DNA from: Eledone cirrhosa
Taxonomy: Eukaryota
Direction: 5' to 3'
Assembly: GCA_964016885.1 (NCBI GenBank)
Contig: OZ024744.1
Coordinates: forward strand, 124,930,001-124,994,000
DNA: 64,000 nt
The first letter of the stretch is position 1, and each line of letters opens with the position of its first letter. The notes under the pieces were generated by a model, which ran no database searches, was not told the DNA's origin, and worked only from the letters and a program-made list of their open reading frames with translations. Made by a program: the position numbers and the translations under genes. This document shows, in pieces, positions 45,961 through 59,917 of the stretch.

Positions 45961-47529
45961 TCTATCTATCTATCAAAGGCTTCCTTCTCTGGAAAAAGAT
46001 GATTTAATATTCACAACCATCTGTCTAATTGTTTTCTGATGAGAATAAAGTTAATCTTGCTTGTATGTCTACCTGATCAAATGACTGGCTGATATCTTGA
46101 AGTCATTTACACCACAGAACTGTAGGAGTCTTGATCCCTCAAGCCATACCTCTAGCCATCATGTACTCCAAAAGAGTCTCACCTTGGTGCTACTCAACAT
46201 GTCCATTAAATTTAGCAGCAAGGATGCCCTCTTCTTAGTGAGAGACAACTACAAGAGAGGTTCTTAGAGAAGAATAAGCCACTATAGTTAACTTTTGTTG
46301 ACATAGAGAACCCCGATCTGTCATCTGGTGGTCCTTAAGGAAACTAGGTGTAGGGGAATGGCTTGTGAGGACAGTGCAAGCTATGTACAAGGGTGCTGTC
46401 AGTAAAGTGAGAGGAGGAATTCCAGAAACAAAGTAGGTGTACATCAGGGTTCGGTCCTCAGTCCGCTCTTGTTCATTATAGTCCTCCCTCCCTCCCTCCC
46501 TCCCTCCCTCCAAGCCATAACAGAGGAGGAGTAGTTTAAGACTGGATGCCCATGGGAACTTCTCTATGCTGACGATCTGGTTCTTATAGCAGAATCAGTA
46601 GAGGAGCTAGCTAGAGAATAAATTCTGGCTATGGAAACAGCAGTAGTTGGAATCAAGAAGACTGAGAGTGAACCTAGCTAAGACAAAAGTGTTTATAAGT
46701 AGAAGAGAGGACAAAACTCTGATTCTGTCAGGGAAATGGCCATGTTCGATATGTAGGAAAGGAGTTGGCATAAATTCTATGAAATGTAGTACGCAATGCA
46801 GATCTTGGCTACACAAGAGATGTAGTGGGATAGCAGGAAAACTGACTGACAGGTAGGGAGAAATACGTATGCAGTAGATGTACAGGGAAATTTGACAGAG
46901 ATTGCAGTGATAGACACATTTTTCAAATGCAGGTGGGATCTATAGAGGGAGTTGATAGCTTCTGATACCTAGGTGATCAGATTAGTAAGGGAGGAGGGTG
47001 ATATAAAATATATTGTTATCATGACTGTCTTTATTATTTAAATTACCTCTGTCTATTTACAGATTTTACAGAGTGTACTGGGTGCTTTTATGATGGGAGC
47101 AGCAACTCTATACGATTTTACAGAGTGTACTTGGTGCTTTTATCATGGCACATGGCAGCAGCAGCAGCAGCAACTACGATTTTACAGAGTGTACTTGGTG
47201 CTTTTTACTCTGACATCAGCACTGAGGAAGTTGTCATATTTTCAGCTAAATTAATGAGTAGAAAAACCAAGTTTCTGCTACAAAAAATTCTCAGATTCAA
47301 GGGAGACATTCAGTTTAAGTATGGTATACTGTCACTAAGGCAGCAAATTGGCAGAGTCGCTAGAATATCAGATAGCATTCTTTACATTATTTGTTTCAGC
47401 TCTCTGTTCTCTCAATTCAAATCCTGCTCAGGTCAACTTTGCCTTTCATCCATACAAAATAGATTAATAAAAGTACCAGTGTATTACTGGGGTCAATTCT
47501 TCTTCTAACTCTTCTGCACTTCCATTCTC

Positions 47530-47566
<37 letters not shown>

Positions 47567-48216
47567 GCTTCTTTAGAACACATCTGCTGTATTCAGACCT
47601 GGAGCGGAGATGGGCTCCACCAAGTTTTAAAAATTGCCCTTTAAGCGCTGTATGTCAATATGGTGCCCCTATGATTCCCTCCCTCAGGAGTTATGGGACC
47701 ATAGATACTGTCAATTGTAAAGAATAACAGAGATATTCAGTGCTAGTGTGGTGTTCTGTCAGTTGTGGAGATTGATGAATCTAAACAGAAATATCAACAG
47801 CACTTTTCATTTCTGAGTAACACATTTGTTACCAAGTGCTGCATGGCTGGAATGAAAATCAGTGCTGTGAAAACCAAGACATTCATCCTCTCAAGGAAGC
47901 TTGTGCAGTGCACTCTACATGTAAATGGAGTCCCACTGAAGCAGGTAGAAAAGTTCATGTATCTCGAAGCTGTGTTCACGAGTGATGACAGAGACGGCAA
48001 AGGCACAACACACAACAGAAGAAAAGAACAATGACAATTATTATTATTATTATTATTATTATTTGTTTTATTAGTTTTATTATAATAAAAATTGTGCTGT
48101 TAGTTTGCTTGCTATACCATCATGTACCCTAACCCTAAACCTAACCCCAACTCCAACTCTGACCCTAAACCTAACCCCAACCCCAACCCCAACCCTAACC
48201 CTAACCCTAACCCTAA

Positions 48217-49143
48217 CCCACGATAGAAGACGTTCGTTACCGCTGGAGCAACGCAAATTACTCCTCGGTTGACGCCAAAAACGAACGCCTTCTCGACGGC
48301 TAGCCGCATTTCGTGATCCGCCTTTCGATTGCGCTTCCGTCGCGGAAAAAGAATTGCCTTTATAGGCCGCCGCCGCCCGACCGGACCCACGATAGAAGAC
48401 GTTCGTTACCGCTGGAGCAACGCAAATTACTCCTCGGTTGACGCCAAAAACGAACGCCTTCTCGACGGCTAGCCGCATTTCGTGATCCGCCTTTCGATTG
48501 CGCTTCCGTCGCGGAAAAAGAATTGCCTTTATAGGCCGCCGCCGCCGCCCGACCGGACCCACGATAGAAGACGTTCGTTACCGCTGGAGCAACGCAAATT
48601 ACTCCTCGGTTGACGCCAAAAACGAACGCCTTCTCGACGGCTAGCCGCATTTCGTGATCCGCCTTTCGATTGCGCTTCCGTCGCGGAAAAAGAATTGCCT
48701 TTATAGGCCGCCGCCGCCCGACCGGACCCACGATAGAAGACGTTCGTTACCGCTGGAGCAACGCAAATTACTCCTCGGTTGACGCCAAAAACGAACGCCT
48801 TCTCGACGGCTAGCCGCATTTCGTGATCCGCCTTTCGATTGCGCTTCCGTCGCGGAAAAAGAATTGCCTTTATAGGCCGCCGCCGCCCGACCGGACCCAC
48901 GATAGAAGACGTTCGTTACCGCTGGAGCAACGCAAATTACTCCTCGGTTGACGCCAAAAACGAACGCCTTCTCGACGGCTAGCCGCATTTCGTGATCCGC
49001 CTTTCGATTGCGCTTCCGTCGCGGAAAAAGAATTGCCTTTATAGGCCGCCGCCGCCGCCCGACCGGACCCACGATAGAAGACGTTCGTTACCGCTGGAGC
49101 AACGCAAATTACTCCTCGGTTGACGCCAAAAACGAACGCCTTC
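48217..49143 (+). promoter_or_regulatory. 169/172-bp putative rDNA spacer-promoter repeats (5 plus a partial), copy 2
   Basis: Same unit as 11233-11823; length varies by one GCC triplet. Confidence 0.5.
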
Positions 49144-49500
49144 CGGTTCGGGCGACGTAAAAGTCTGTAGCCTTTTCGCCGATCCTCGACGATTATCCGC
49201 CTTCCGAACAACCGCCTTTCCGCCGTCACAGCAGTAGGTACTCGTCCGTCGTAATAGCCGTCATTTTAATGCAGGAGAAACGCCTAAATGCACTGCGATT
49301 GACGACGATCTACGACGCGCTTACTCTTCCTTGCTGCGACGAAGGTTTCGTTCGGCTTTTCGTCGTGGACCCGGTCAGGTCATGCCGCTGATCTCGCGTT
49401 GCGTCGTTACCGCTGGAGCAACGCAAATTACTCCTCGTTTAACGCCAACATCGAACGCGCTTCGGTTCTCGGTCGTCGTTGTTTTGTTTCGTGCGGAAGA

Positions 49501-49685
49501 TACCTGGGTGATCCTGCCAGTAGTCATATGCTTGTCTCAAAGCTTAAGCCATGCAAGTGGAAGTTCATGCCGTAAACGAAAATGGTGAAACCGCGAATGG
49601 CTCAGGAACCGGATCTAATCCTCGGGACCGTATTCCTCACCGCGAGGAGAGGATAACTGTGGCAATTCTAGAGCTAATACATGCA
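49501..49685 (+). pseudogene. 18S rRNA 5' end fragment, copy 2
   Basis: Same sequence as 12174-12358. Confidence 0.93.
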
Positions 49686-49691
49686 ATTGAG

Positions 49692-52600
49692 ATCGGAGAG
49701 GGAGCGATCCGTCTGCTTGATTCCGATAACGAACGAGACATTCGTATCCGAAAGAACGTTTGTCTGGAAACTGGTGCAGTCAGTGAGTCGAAAAAAAAAT
49801 ATCTCGGTGGTAGTAGCAAATATTCGAACGAGGCATTCGTATGCGAAAGAACGTTTGTCGGTGGTAGTAGCAAATATTCGAACGAGACATTCGTATGCGA
49901 AAGAACGTTTGTCTGGAAGTGGCGATCCATGCCCGGTGGATAGTTGGTTCCGGGTTTTACTATGATTGTTGCAAAACAGAAACTTAAAGGGATTGACAGA
50001 ATTTGCGATTCCGGAGAGAGGGCGATCCGTCTGCTTGATTCCGATAACGAACGAGACATTCGTATCCGAAAGAACGTTTGTCTGGAAACTGGTGAGTCAG
50101 TGAGTCGAAAAAAAAAATATCTCGGTGGTAGTAGCAAATATTCGTATGCGAAAGAAAAGATCTCGGTGGTAGTAGCAAATATTCGAACGAGACATTCGTA
50201 GGCGAAAGAAAAATATCTCGGTGGTAGTAGCAAATATTCGAACGAGACATTCGTATGCGAAAGAACGTTTGTCGGTGGTAGTAGCAAATATTCGAACGAG
50301 ACATTCGTATGCGAAAGAACGTTTGTCGGTGGTAGTAGCAAATATTCGAACGAGACATTCGTATGCGAAAGAACGTTTGTCTGGAAGTGGCGATCCATGC
50401 CCGGTGGATAGTTGGTTCCGGGTTTTACTATGATTGTTGCAAAACAAAAACTTAAAGGGATTGACAGAATTTGCGATTCCGGAGAGAGGGCGATCCGTCT
50501 GCTTGATTCCGATAACGAACGAGACATTCGTATCCGAAAGAACGTTTGTCTGGAAACTGGTGAGTCAGTGAGTCGAAAAAATAATATCTCGGTGGTAGTA
50601 GCAAATATTCGAACGAGACATTCGTATGCGAAAGAACGTTTGTCGGTGGTAGTAGCAAATATTCGAACGAGACATTCGTATGCGAAAGAACGTTTGTCTG
50701 GAAGTGGCGATCCATGCCCGGTGGATAGTTGGTTCCGGGTTTTACTATGATTGTTGCAAAACAGAAACTTAAAGGGATTGACAGAATTTGCGATTACGGA
50801 GAGGGGGCGATCCGTCTGCTTGATTCCGATAACGAACGAGACATTCGTATCCGAAAGAACGTTTGTCTGGAAACTGGTGAGTCAGTGAGTCGAAAAAAAA
50901 ATATCTCGGTGGTAGTAGCAAATATTCGAACGAGACATTCGTATGCGAAAGAACGTTTGTCGGTGGTAGTAGCAAATATTCGAACGAGACATTCGTATGC
51001 GAAAGAACGTTTGTCTGGAAGTGGCGATCCATGCCCGGTGGATAGTTGGTTCCGGGTTTTACTATGATTGTTGCAAAACAGAAACTTAAAGGGATTGACA
51101 GAATTTGCGATTACGGAGAGGGGGCGATCCGTCTGCTTGATTCCGATAACGAACGAGACATTCGTATCCGAAAGAACGTTTGTCTGGAAACTGGTGAGTC
51201 AGTGAGTCGAAAAAAAAAATATCTCGGTGGTAGTAGCAAATATTCGAACGAGACATTCGTATGCGAAAGAACGTTTGTCGGTGGTAGTAGCAAATATTCG
51301 AACGAGACATTCGTATGCGAAAGAACGTTTGTCTGGAAGTGGCGATCCATGCTCGGTGGATAGTTGGTTCCGGGTTTTACTATGATTGTTGCAAAACAGA
51401 AACTTAAAGGGATTGACAGAATTTGCCATTCCGGAGAGGGGGCGATCCGTCTGCTTGATTCCGATAACGAACGAGACATTCGTATCCGAAAGAACGTTTG
51501 TCTGGAAACTGGTGAGTCAGTGAGTCGAAAAAAAAAATATCTCGGTGGTAGTAGCAAATATTCGTATGCGAAAGAAAAGATCTCGGTGGTAGTAGCAAAT
51601 ATTCGAACGAGACATTCGTAGGCGAAAGAAAAATATCTCGGTGGTAGTAGCAAATATTCGAACGAGACATTCGTATTCGAAAGAACGTTTGTCTGGAAGT
51701 TGCGATCCATGCCCGGTGGATAGTTGGTTCCGGGTTTTACTATGATTGTTGCAAAACAGAAACTTAAAGGGATTGACAGAATTTGCGATTCCGGAGAGGG
51801 GGCGATCCGTCTGCTTGATTCCGATAACGAACGAGACATTCGTATCCGAAAGAACGTTTGTCTGGAAACTGGTGAGTCAGTGAGTCGAAAAAAAAAATAT
51901 CTCGGTGGTAGTAGCAAATATTCGAACGAGACATTCGTATGCGAAAGAACGTTTGTCGGTGGTAGTAGCAAATATTCGAACGAGACATTCGTATGCGAAA
52001 GAACGTTTGTCGGTGGTAGTAGCAAATATTCGAACGAGACATTCGTATGCGAAAGAACGTTTGTCTGGAAGTGGCGATCCATGCCCGGTGGATAGTTGGT
52101 TCCGGGTTTTACTATGATTGTTGCAAAACAGAAACTTAAAGGGATTGACAGAATTTGCGATTCCGGAGAGGGGGCGATCCGTCTGCTTGATTCCGATAAC
52201 GAACGAGACATTCGTATCCGAAAGAACGTTTGTCTGGAAACTGGTGAGTCAGTGAGTCGAAAAAAAAATATCTCGGTGGTAGTAGCAAATATTCGAACGA
52301 GACATTCGTATGCGAAAGAACGTTTGTCTGGAAGTGGCGATCCATGCCCGGTGGATAGTTGGTTCCGGGTTTTACTATGATTGTTGCAAAACAAAAACTT
52401 AAAGGGATTGACAGAATTTGCGATTCCGGAGAGAGGGCGATCCGTCTGCTTGATTCCGATAACGAACGAGACATTCGTATCCGAAAGAACGTTTGTCTGG
52501 AAACTGGTGAGTCAGTGAGTCGAAAAAAAAATATCTCGGTGGTAGTAGCAAATATTCGAACGAGACATTCGTATGCGAAAGAACGTTTGTCGGTGGTAGT

Positions 52601-55600
52601 AGCAAATATTCGAACGAGACATTCGTATGCGAAAGAACGTTTGTCTGGAAGTGGCGATCCATGCCCGGTGGATAGTTGGTTCCGGGTTTTACTATGATTG
52701 TTGCAAAACAGAAACTTAAAGGGATTGACAGAATTTGCGATTACGGAGAGGGGGCGATCCGACTGCTTGATTCCGATAACGAACGAGACATTCGTATCCG
52801 AAAGAACGTTTGTCTGGAAACTGGTGAGTCAGTGAGTCGAAAAAAAAATATCTCGTTGGTAGTGGCAAATATTCGAACGAGACATTCGTATGCGAAAGAA
52901 CGTTTGTCGGTGGTAGTAGCAAATATTCGAACGAGACATTCGTATGCGAAAGAACGTTTGTCTGGAAGTGGCGATCCATGCCCGGTGGATAGTTGGTTCC
53001 GGGTTTTACTATGATTGTTGCAAAACAGAAACTTAAAGGGATTGACAGAATTTGCGATTACGGAGAGGGGGCGATCCGTCTGCTTGATTCCGATAACGAA
53101 CGAGACATTCGTATCCGAAAGAACGTTTGTCTGGAAACTGGTGAGTCAGTGAGTCGAAAAAAAAATATCTCGGTGGTAGTAGCAAATATTCGAACGAGAC
53201 ATTCGTATGCGAAAGAACGTTTGTCGGTGGTAGTAGCAAATATTCGAACGAGACATTCGTATGCGAAAGAACGTTTGTCTGGAAGTGGCGATCCATGCCC
53301 GGTGGATAGTTGGTTCCGGGTTTTACTATGATTGTTGCAAAACAGAAACTTAAAGGGATTGACAGAATTTGCGATTACGGAGAGGGGGCGATCCGTCTGC
53401 TTGATTCCGATAACGAACGAGACATTCGTATCCGAAAGAACGTTTGTCTGGAAACTGGTGAGTCAGTGAGTCGAAAAAAAAATATCTCGGTGGTAGTAGC
53501 AAATATTCGAACGAGACATTCGTATGCGAAAGAACGTGTGTCGGTGGTAGTAGCAAATATTCGAACGAGACATTCGTATGCGAAAGAACGTTTGTCTGGA
53601 AGTGGCGATCCATGCTCGGTGGATAGTTGGTTCCGGGTTTTACTATGATTGTTGCAAAACAGAAACTTAAAGGGATTGACAGAATTTGCGATTCCGGAGA
53701 GGGGGCGATCCGTCTGCTTGATTCCGATAACGAACGAGACATTCGTATCCGAAAGAACGTTTGTCTGGAAACTGGTGAGTCAGTGAGTCGAAAAAAAAAT
53801 ATCTCGGTGGTAGTAGCAAATATTCGAACGAGACATTCGTATGCGAAAGAACGTTTGTCGGTGGTAGTAGCAAATATTCGAACGAGACATTCGTATGCGA
53901 AAGAACGTTTGTCGGTGGTAGTAGCAAATATTCGAACGAGACATTCGTATGCGAAAGAACGTTTGTCTGGAAGTGGCGATCCATGCCCGGTGGATAGTTG
54001 GTTCCGGGTTTTACTATGATTGTTGCAAAACAGAAACTTAAAGGGATTGACAGAATTTGCGATTCCGGAGAGAGGGCGATCCGTCTGCTTGATTCCGATA
54101 ACGAACGAGACATTCGTATCCGAGAGAACGTTTGTCTGGAAACTGGTGAGTCAGTGAGTCGAAAAAAAAATATCTCGGTGGTAGTAGCAAATATTCGAAC
54201 GAGACATTCGTATGCGAAAGAAAAATATCTCGGTGGTAGTAGCAAATATTCGAACGAGACATTCGTATGCGAAAGAACGTTTGTCTGGAAGTGGCGATCC
54301 ATGCCCGGTGGATAGTTGGTTCCGGGTTTTACTATGATTGTTGCAAAACAGAAACTTAAAGGGATTGACAGAATTTGCCATTCCGGAGAGGGGGCGATCC
54401 GTCTGCTTGATTCCGATAACGAACGAGACATTCGTATCCGAAAGAACGTTTGTCTGGAAACTGGTGAGTCAGTGAGTCGAAAAAAAAATATCTCGGTGGT
54501 AGTAGCAAATATTCGAACGAGACATTCGTATGCGAAAGAACGTTTGTCTGGAAGTGGCGATCCATGCTCGGTGGATAGTTGGTTCCGGGTTTTACTATGA
54601 TTGTTGCAAAACAGAAACTTAAAGGGATTGACAGAATTTGCGATTCCGGAGAGGGGGCGATCCGTCTGCTTGATTCCGATAACGAACGAGACATTCGTAT
54701 CCGAAAGAACGTTTGTCTGGAAACTGGTGAGTCAGTGAGTCGAAAAAAAAATATCTCGGTGGTAGTAGCAAATATTCGAACGAGACATTCGTATGCGAAA
54801 GAACGTTTGTCTGGAAGTGGCGATCCATGCCCGGTGGATAGTTGGTTCCGGGTTTTACTATGATTGTTGCAAAACAAAAACTTAAAGGGATTGACAGAAT
54901 TTGCGATTCCGGAGAGAGGGCGATCCGTCTGCTTGATTCCGATAACGAACGAGACATTCGTATCCGAAAGAACGTTTGTCTGGAAACTGGTGAGTCAGTG
55001 AGTCGAAAAAAAAATATCTCGGTGGTAGTAGCAAATATTCGAACGAGACATTCGTATGCGAAAGAACGTTTGTCGGTGGTAGTAGCAAATATTCGAACGA
55101 GACATTCGTATGCGAAAGAACGTTTGTCTGGAAGTGGCGATCCATGCCCGGTGGATAGTTGGTTCCGGGTTTTACTATGATTGTTGCAAAACAGAAACTT
55201 AAAGGGATTGACAGAATTTGCGATTACGGAGAGGGGGCGATCCGACTGCTTGATTCCGATAACGAACGAGACATTCGTATCCGAAAGAACGTTTGTCTGG
55301 AAACTGGTGAGTCAGTGAGTCGAAAAAAAAATATCTCGTTGGTAGTGGCAAATATTCGAACGAGACATTCGTATGCGAAAGAACGTTTGTCGGTGGTAGT
55401 AGCAAATATTCGAACGAGACATTCGTATGCGAAAGAACGTTTGTCTGGAAGTGGCGATCCATGCCCGGTGGATAGTTGGTTCCGGGTTTTACTATGATTG
55501 TTGCAAAACAGAAACTTAAAGGGATTGACAGAATTTGCGATTACGGAGAGGGGGCGATCCGTCTGCTTGATTCCGATAACGAACGAGACATTCGTATCCG

Positions 55601-58600
55601 AAAGAACGTTTGTCTGGAAACTGGTGAGTCAGTGAGTCGAAAAAAAAATATCTCGGTGGTAGTAGCAAATATTCGAACGAGACATTCGTATGCGAAAGAA
55701 CGTTTGTCGGTGGTAGTAGCAAATATTCGAACGAGACATTCGTATGCGAAAGAACGTTTGTCTGGAAGTGGCGATCCATGCCCGGTGGATAGTTGGTTCC
55801 GGGTTTTACTATGATTGTTGCAAAACAGAAACTTAAAGGGATTGACAGAATTTGCGATTACGGAGAGGGGGCGATCCGTCTGCTTGATTCCGATAACGAA
55901 CGAGACATTCGTATCCGAAAGAACGTTTGTCTGGAAACTGGTGAGTCAGTGAGTCGAAAAAAAAATATCTCGGTGGTAGTAGCAAATATTCGAACGAGAC
56001 ATTCGTATGCGAAAGAACGTGTGTCGGTGGTAGTAGCAAATATTCGAACGAGACATTCGTATGCGAAAGAACGTTTGTCTGGAAGTGGCGATCCATGCTC
56101 GGTGGATAGTTGGTTCCGGGTTTTACTATGATTGTTGCAAAACAGAAACTTAAAGGGATTGACAGAATTTGCGATTCCGGAGAGGGGGCGATCCGTCTGC
56201 TTGATTCCGATAACGAACGAGACATTCGTATCCGAAAGAACGTTTGTCTGGAAACTGGTGAGTCAGTGAGTCGAAAAAAAAATATCTCGGTGGTAGTAGC
56301 AAATATTCGAACGAGACATTCGTATGCGAAAGAACGTTTGTCGGTGGTAGTAGCAAATATTCGAACGAGACATTCGTATGCGAAAGAACGTTTGTCGGTG
56401 GTAGTAGCAAATATTCGAACGAGACATTCGTATGCGAAAGAACGTTTGTCTGGAAGTGGCGATCCATGCCCGGTGGATAGTTGGTTCCGGGTTTTACTAT
56501 GATTGTTGCAAAACAGAAACTTAAAGGGATTGACAGAATTTGCGATTCCGGAGAGAGGGCGATCCGTCTGCTTGATTCCGATAACGAACGAGACATTCGT
56601 ATCCGAGAGAACGTTTGTCTGGAAACTGGTGAGTCAGTGAGTCGAAAAAAAAATATCTCGGTGGTAGTAGCAAATATTCGAACGAGACATTCGTATGCGA
56701 AAGAAAAATATCTCGGTGGTAGTAGCAAATATTCGAACGAGACATTCGTATGCGAAAGAACGTTTGTCTGGAAGTGGCGATCCATGCCCGGTGGATAGTT
56801 GGTTCCGGGTTTTACTATGATTGTTGCAAAACAGAAACTTAAAGGGATTGACAGAATTTGCCATTCCGGAGAGGGGGCGATCCGTCTGCTTGATTCCGAT
56901 AACGAACGAGACATTCGTATCCGAAAGAACGTTTGTCTGGAAACTGGTGAGTCAGTGAGTCGAAAAAAAAATATCTCGGTGGTAGTAGCAAATATTCGAA
57001 CGAGACATTCGTATGCGAAAGAACGTTTGTCTGGAAGTGGCGATCCATGCTCGGTGGATAGTTGGTTCCGGGTTTTACTATGATTGTTGCAAAACAGAAA
57101 CTTAAAGGGATTGACAGAATTTGCGATTCCGGAGAGGGGGCGATCCGTCTGCTTGATTCCGATAACGAACGAGACATTCGTATCCGAAAGAACGTTTGTC
57201 TGGAAACTGGTGAGTCAGTGAGTCGAAAAAAAAATATCTCGGTGGTAGTAGCAAATATTCGTATGCGAAAGAAAAGATCTCGGTGGTAGTAGCAAATATT
57301 CGAACGAGACATTCGTAGGCGAAAGAAAAATATCTCGGTGGTAGTAGCAAATATTCGAACGAGACATTCGTATTCGAAAGAACGTTTGTCTGGAAGTTGC
57401 GATCCATGCCCGGTGGATAGTTGGTTCCGGGCTTTACTATGATTGTTGCAAAACAGAAACTTAAAGGGATTGACAGAATTTGCGATTCCGGAGAGGGGGC
57501 GATCCGTCTGCTTGATTTCGATAACGAACGAGACATTCGTATCCGAAAGAACGTTTGTCTGGAAACTGGTGAGTCAGTGAGTCGAAAAAAAAAATATCTC
57601 GGTGGTAGTAGCAAATATTCGAACGAGACATTCGTATGCGAAAGAACGTTTGTCGGTGGTAGTAGCAAATATTCGAACGAGACATTCGTATGCGAAAGAA
57701 CGTTTGTCGGTGGTAGTAGCAAATATTCGAACGAGACATTCGTATGCGAAAGAACGTTTGTCTGGAAGTGGCGATCCATGCCCGGTGGATAGTTGGTTCC
57801 GGGTTTTACTATGATTGTTGCAAAACAGAAACTTAAAGGGATTGACAGAATTTGCGATTCCAGAGAGAGGGCGATCCGTCTGCTTGATTCCGATAACGAA
57901 CGAGACATTCGTATCCGAAAGAACGTTTGTCTGGAAACTGGTGAGTCAGTGAGTCGAAAAAAAAATATCTCGGTGGTAGTAGCAAATATTCGAACGAGAC
58001 ATTCGTATGCGAAAGAACGTTTGTCTGGAAGTGGCGATCCATGCTCGGTGGATAGTTGGTTCCGGGTTTTACTATGATTGTTGCAAAACAGAAACTTAAA
58101 GGGATTGACAGAATTTGCGATTCCGGAGAGGGGGCGATCCGTCTGCTTGATTCCGATAACGAACGAGACATTCGTATCCGAAAGAACGTTTGTCTGGAAA
58201 CTGGTGAGTCAGTGAGTCGAAAAAAAAATATCTCGGTGGTAGTAGCAAATATTCGAACGAGACATTCGTATGCGAAAGAACGTTTGTCGGTGGTAGTAGC
58301 AAATATTCGAACGAGACATTCGTATGCGAAAGAACGTTTGTCTGGAAGTGGCGATCCATGCCCGGTGGATAGTTGGTTCCGGGTTTTACTATGATTGTTG
58401 CAAAACAGAAACTTAAAGGGATTGACAGAATTTGCGATTCCGGAGAGGGGGCGATCCGTCTGCTTGATTCCGATAACGAACGAGACATTCGTATCCGAAA
58501 GAACGTTTGTCTGGAAACTGGTGAGTCGAAAAAAAAATATCTCGGTGGTAGTAGCAAATATTCGAACGAGACATTCGTAGGCGAAAGAAAAATATCTCGG

Positions 58601-59525
58601 TGGTAGTAGCAAATATTCGAACGAGACATTCGTATGCGAAAGAACGTTTGTCGGTGGTAGTAGCAAATATTCGAACGAGACATTCGTATGCGAAAGAACG
58701 TTTGTCTGGAAGTGGCGATCCATGCCCGGTGGATAGTTGGTTCCGGGTTTTACTATGATTGTTGCAAAACAGAAACTTAAAGGGATTGACAGAATTTGCG
58801 ATTCCGGAGAGAGGGCGATCCGTCTGCTTGATTCCGATAACGAACGAGACATTCGTATCCGAAAGAACGTTTGTCTGGAAACTGGTGAGTCAGTGAGTCG
58901 AAAAAAAAATATCTCGGTGGTAGTAGCAAATATTCGAACGAGACATTCGTATGCGAAAGAACGTTTGTCGGTGGTAGTAGCAAATATTCGAACGAGACAT
59001 TCGTATGCGAAAGAACGTTTGTCTGGAAGTGGCGATCCATGCTCGGTGGATAGTTGGTTCCGGGTTTTACTATGATTGTTGCAAAACAGAAACTTAAAGG
59101 GATTGACAGAATTTGCGATTCCAGAGAGGGGGCGATCCGTCTGCTTGATTCCGATAACGAACGAGACATTCGTATCCGAAAGAACGTTTGTCTGGAAACT
59201 GGTGAGTCAGTGAGTCGAAAAAAAAATATCTCGGTGGTAGTAGCAAATATTCGTATGCGAAAGAAAAGATCTCGGTGGTAGTAGCAAATATTCGAACGAG
59301 ACATTCGTATGCGAAAGAAAAGATCTCGGTGGTAGTAGCAAATATTCGAACGAGACATTCGTATGCGAAAGAACGTTTGTCGGTGGTAGTAGCAAATATT
59401 CGAACGAGACATTCGTATTCGAAAGAACGTTTGTCTGGAAGTTGCGATCCATGCCCGGTGGATAGTTGGTTCCGGGCTTTACTATGATTGTTGCAAAACA
59501 GAAACTTAAAGGAATTGACAGAATT
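49692..59525 (+). repeat. Scrambled 18S/28S tandem array, copy 2 (~30 units)
   Basis: Same 263 + 54n unit; 2483-bp higher-order duplication. Confidence 0.92.
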
Positions 59526-59529
59526 TTCG

Positions 59530-59917
59530 AATCGACATCAACTCGGCTACGGCTATCCCGTCGAGTACGAGAGTATCGCGGGATCAGAGCAACGGTTTGC
59601 TAGGCTGCCTCTGAGCGATAACGGCTGAACGCCTCCTCTAAGCCGGAACCCTAGCCGGACCCGAGTTGTTTTTCGACAAGCGTCTCGACCTTCTTAAGGC
59701 CCATGCCTTAGTTTGGCGATTGCCGTCCGTTCGCCGACGGCGGCAGCGTCAGCGGAAATGCCATTCTGTGACGACTACGACGATTCGTCGTCGTCGTCGT
59801 CCATTCGATTTCCTGAAAGAGATAGAGACTAAAGTGATCAAATTGTTCGGAGTTACGTGCTTAGTAGAGCAGCTACCACACTGCAATCTATTGAGAGTTT
59901 TCTGACGAACGATACAA
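59530..59917 (+). pseudogene. 28S rRNA 3' end fragment, copy 2
   Basis: Same sequence as 16985-17372. Confidence 0.82.
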
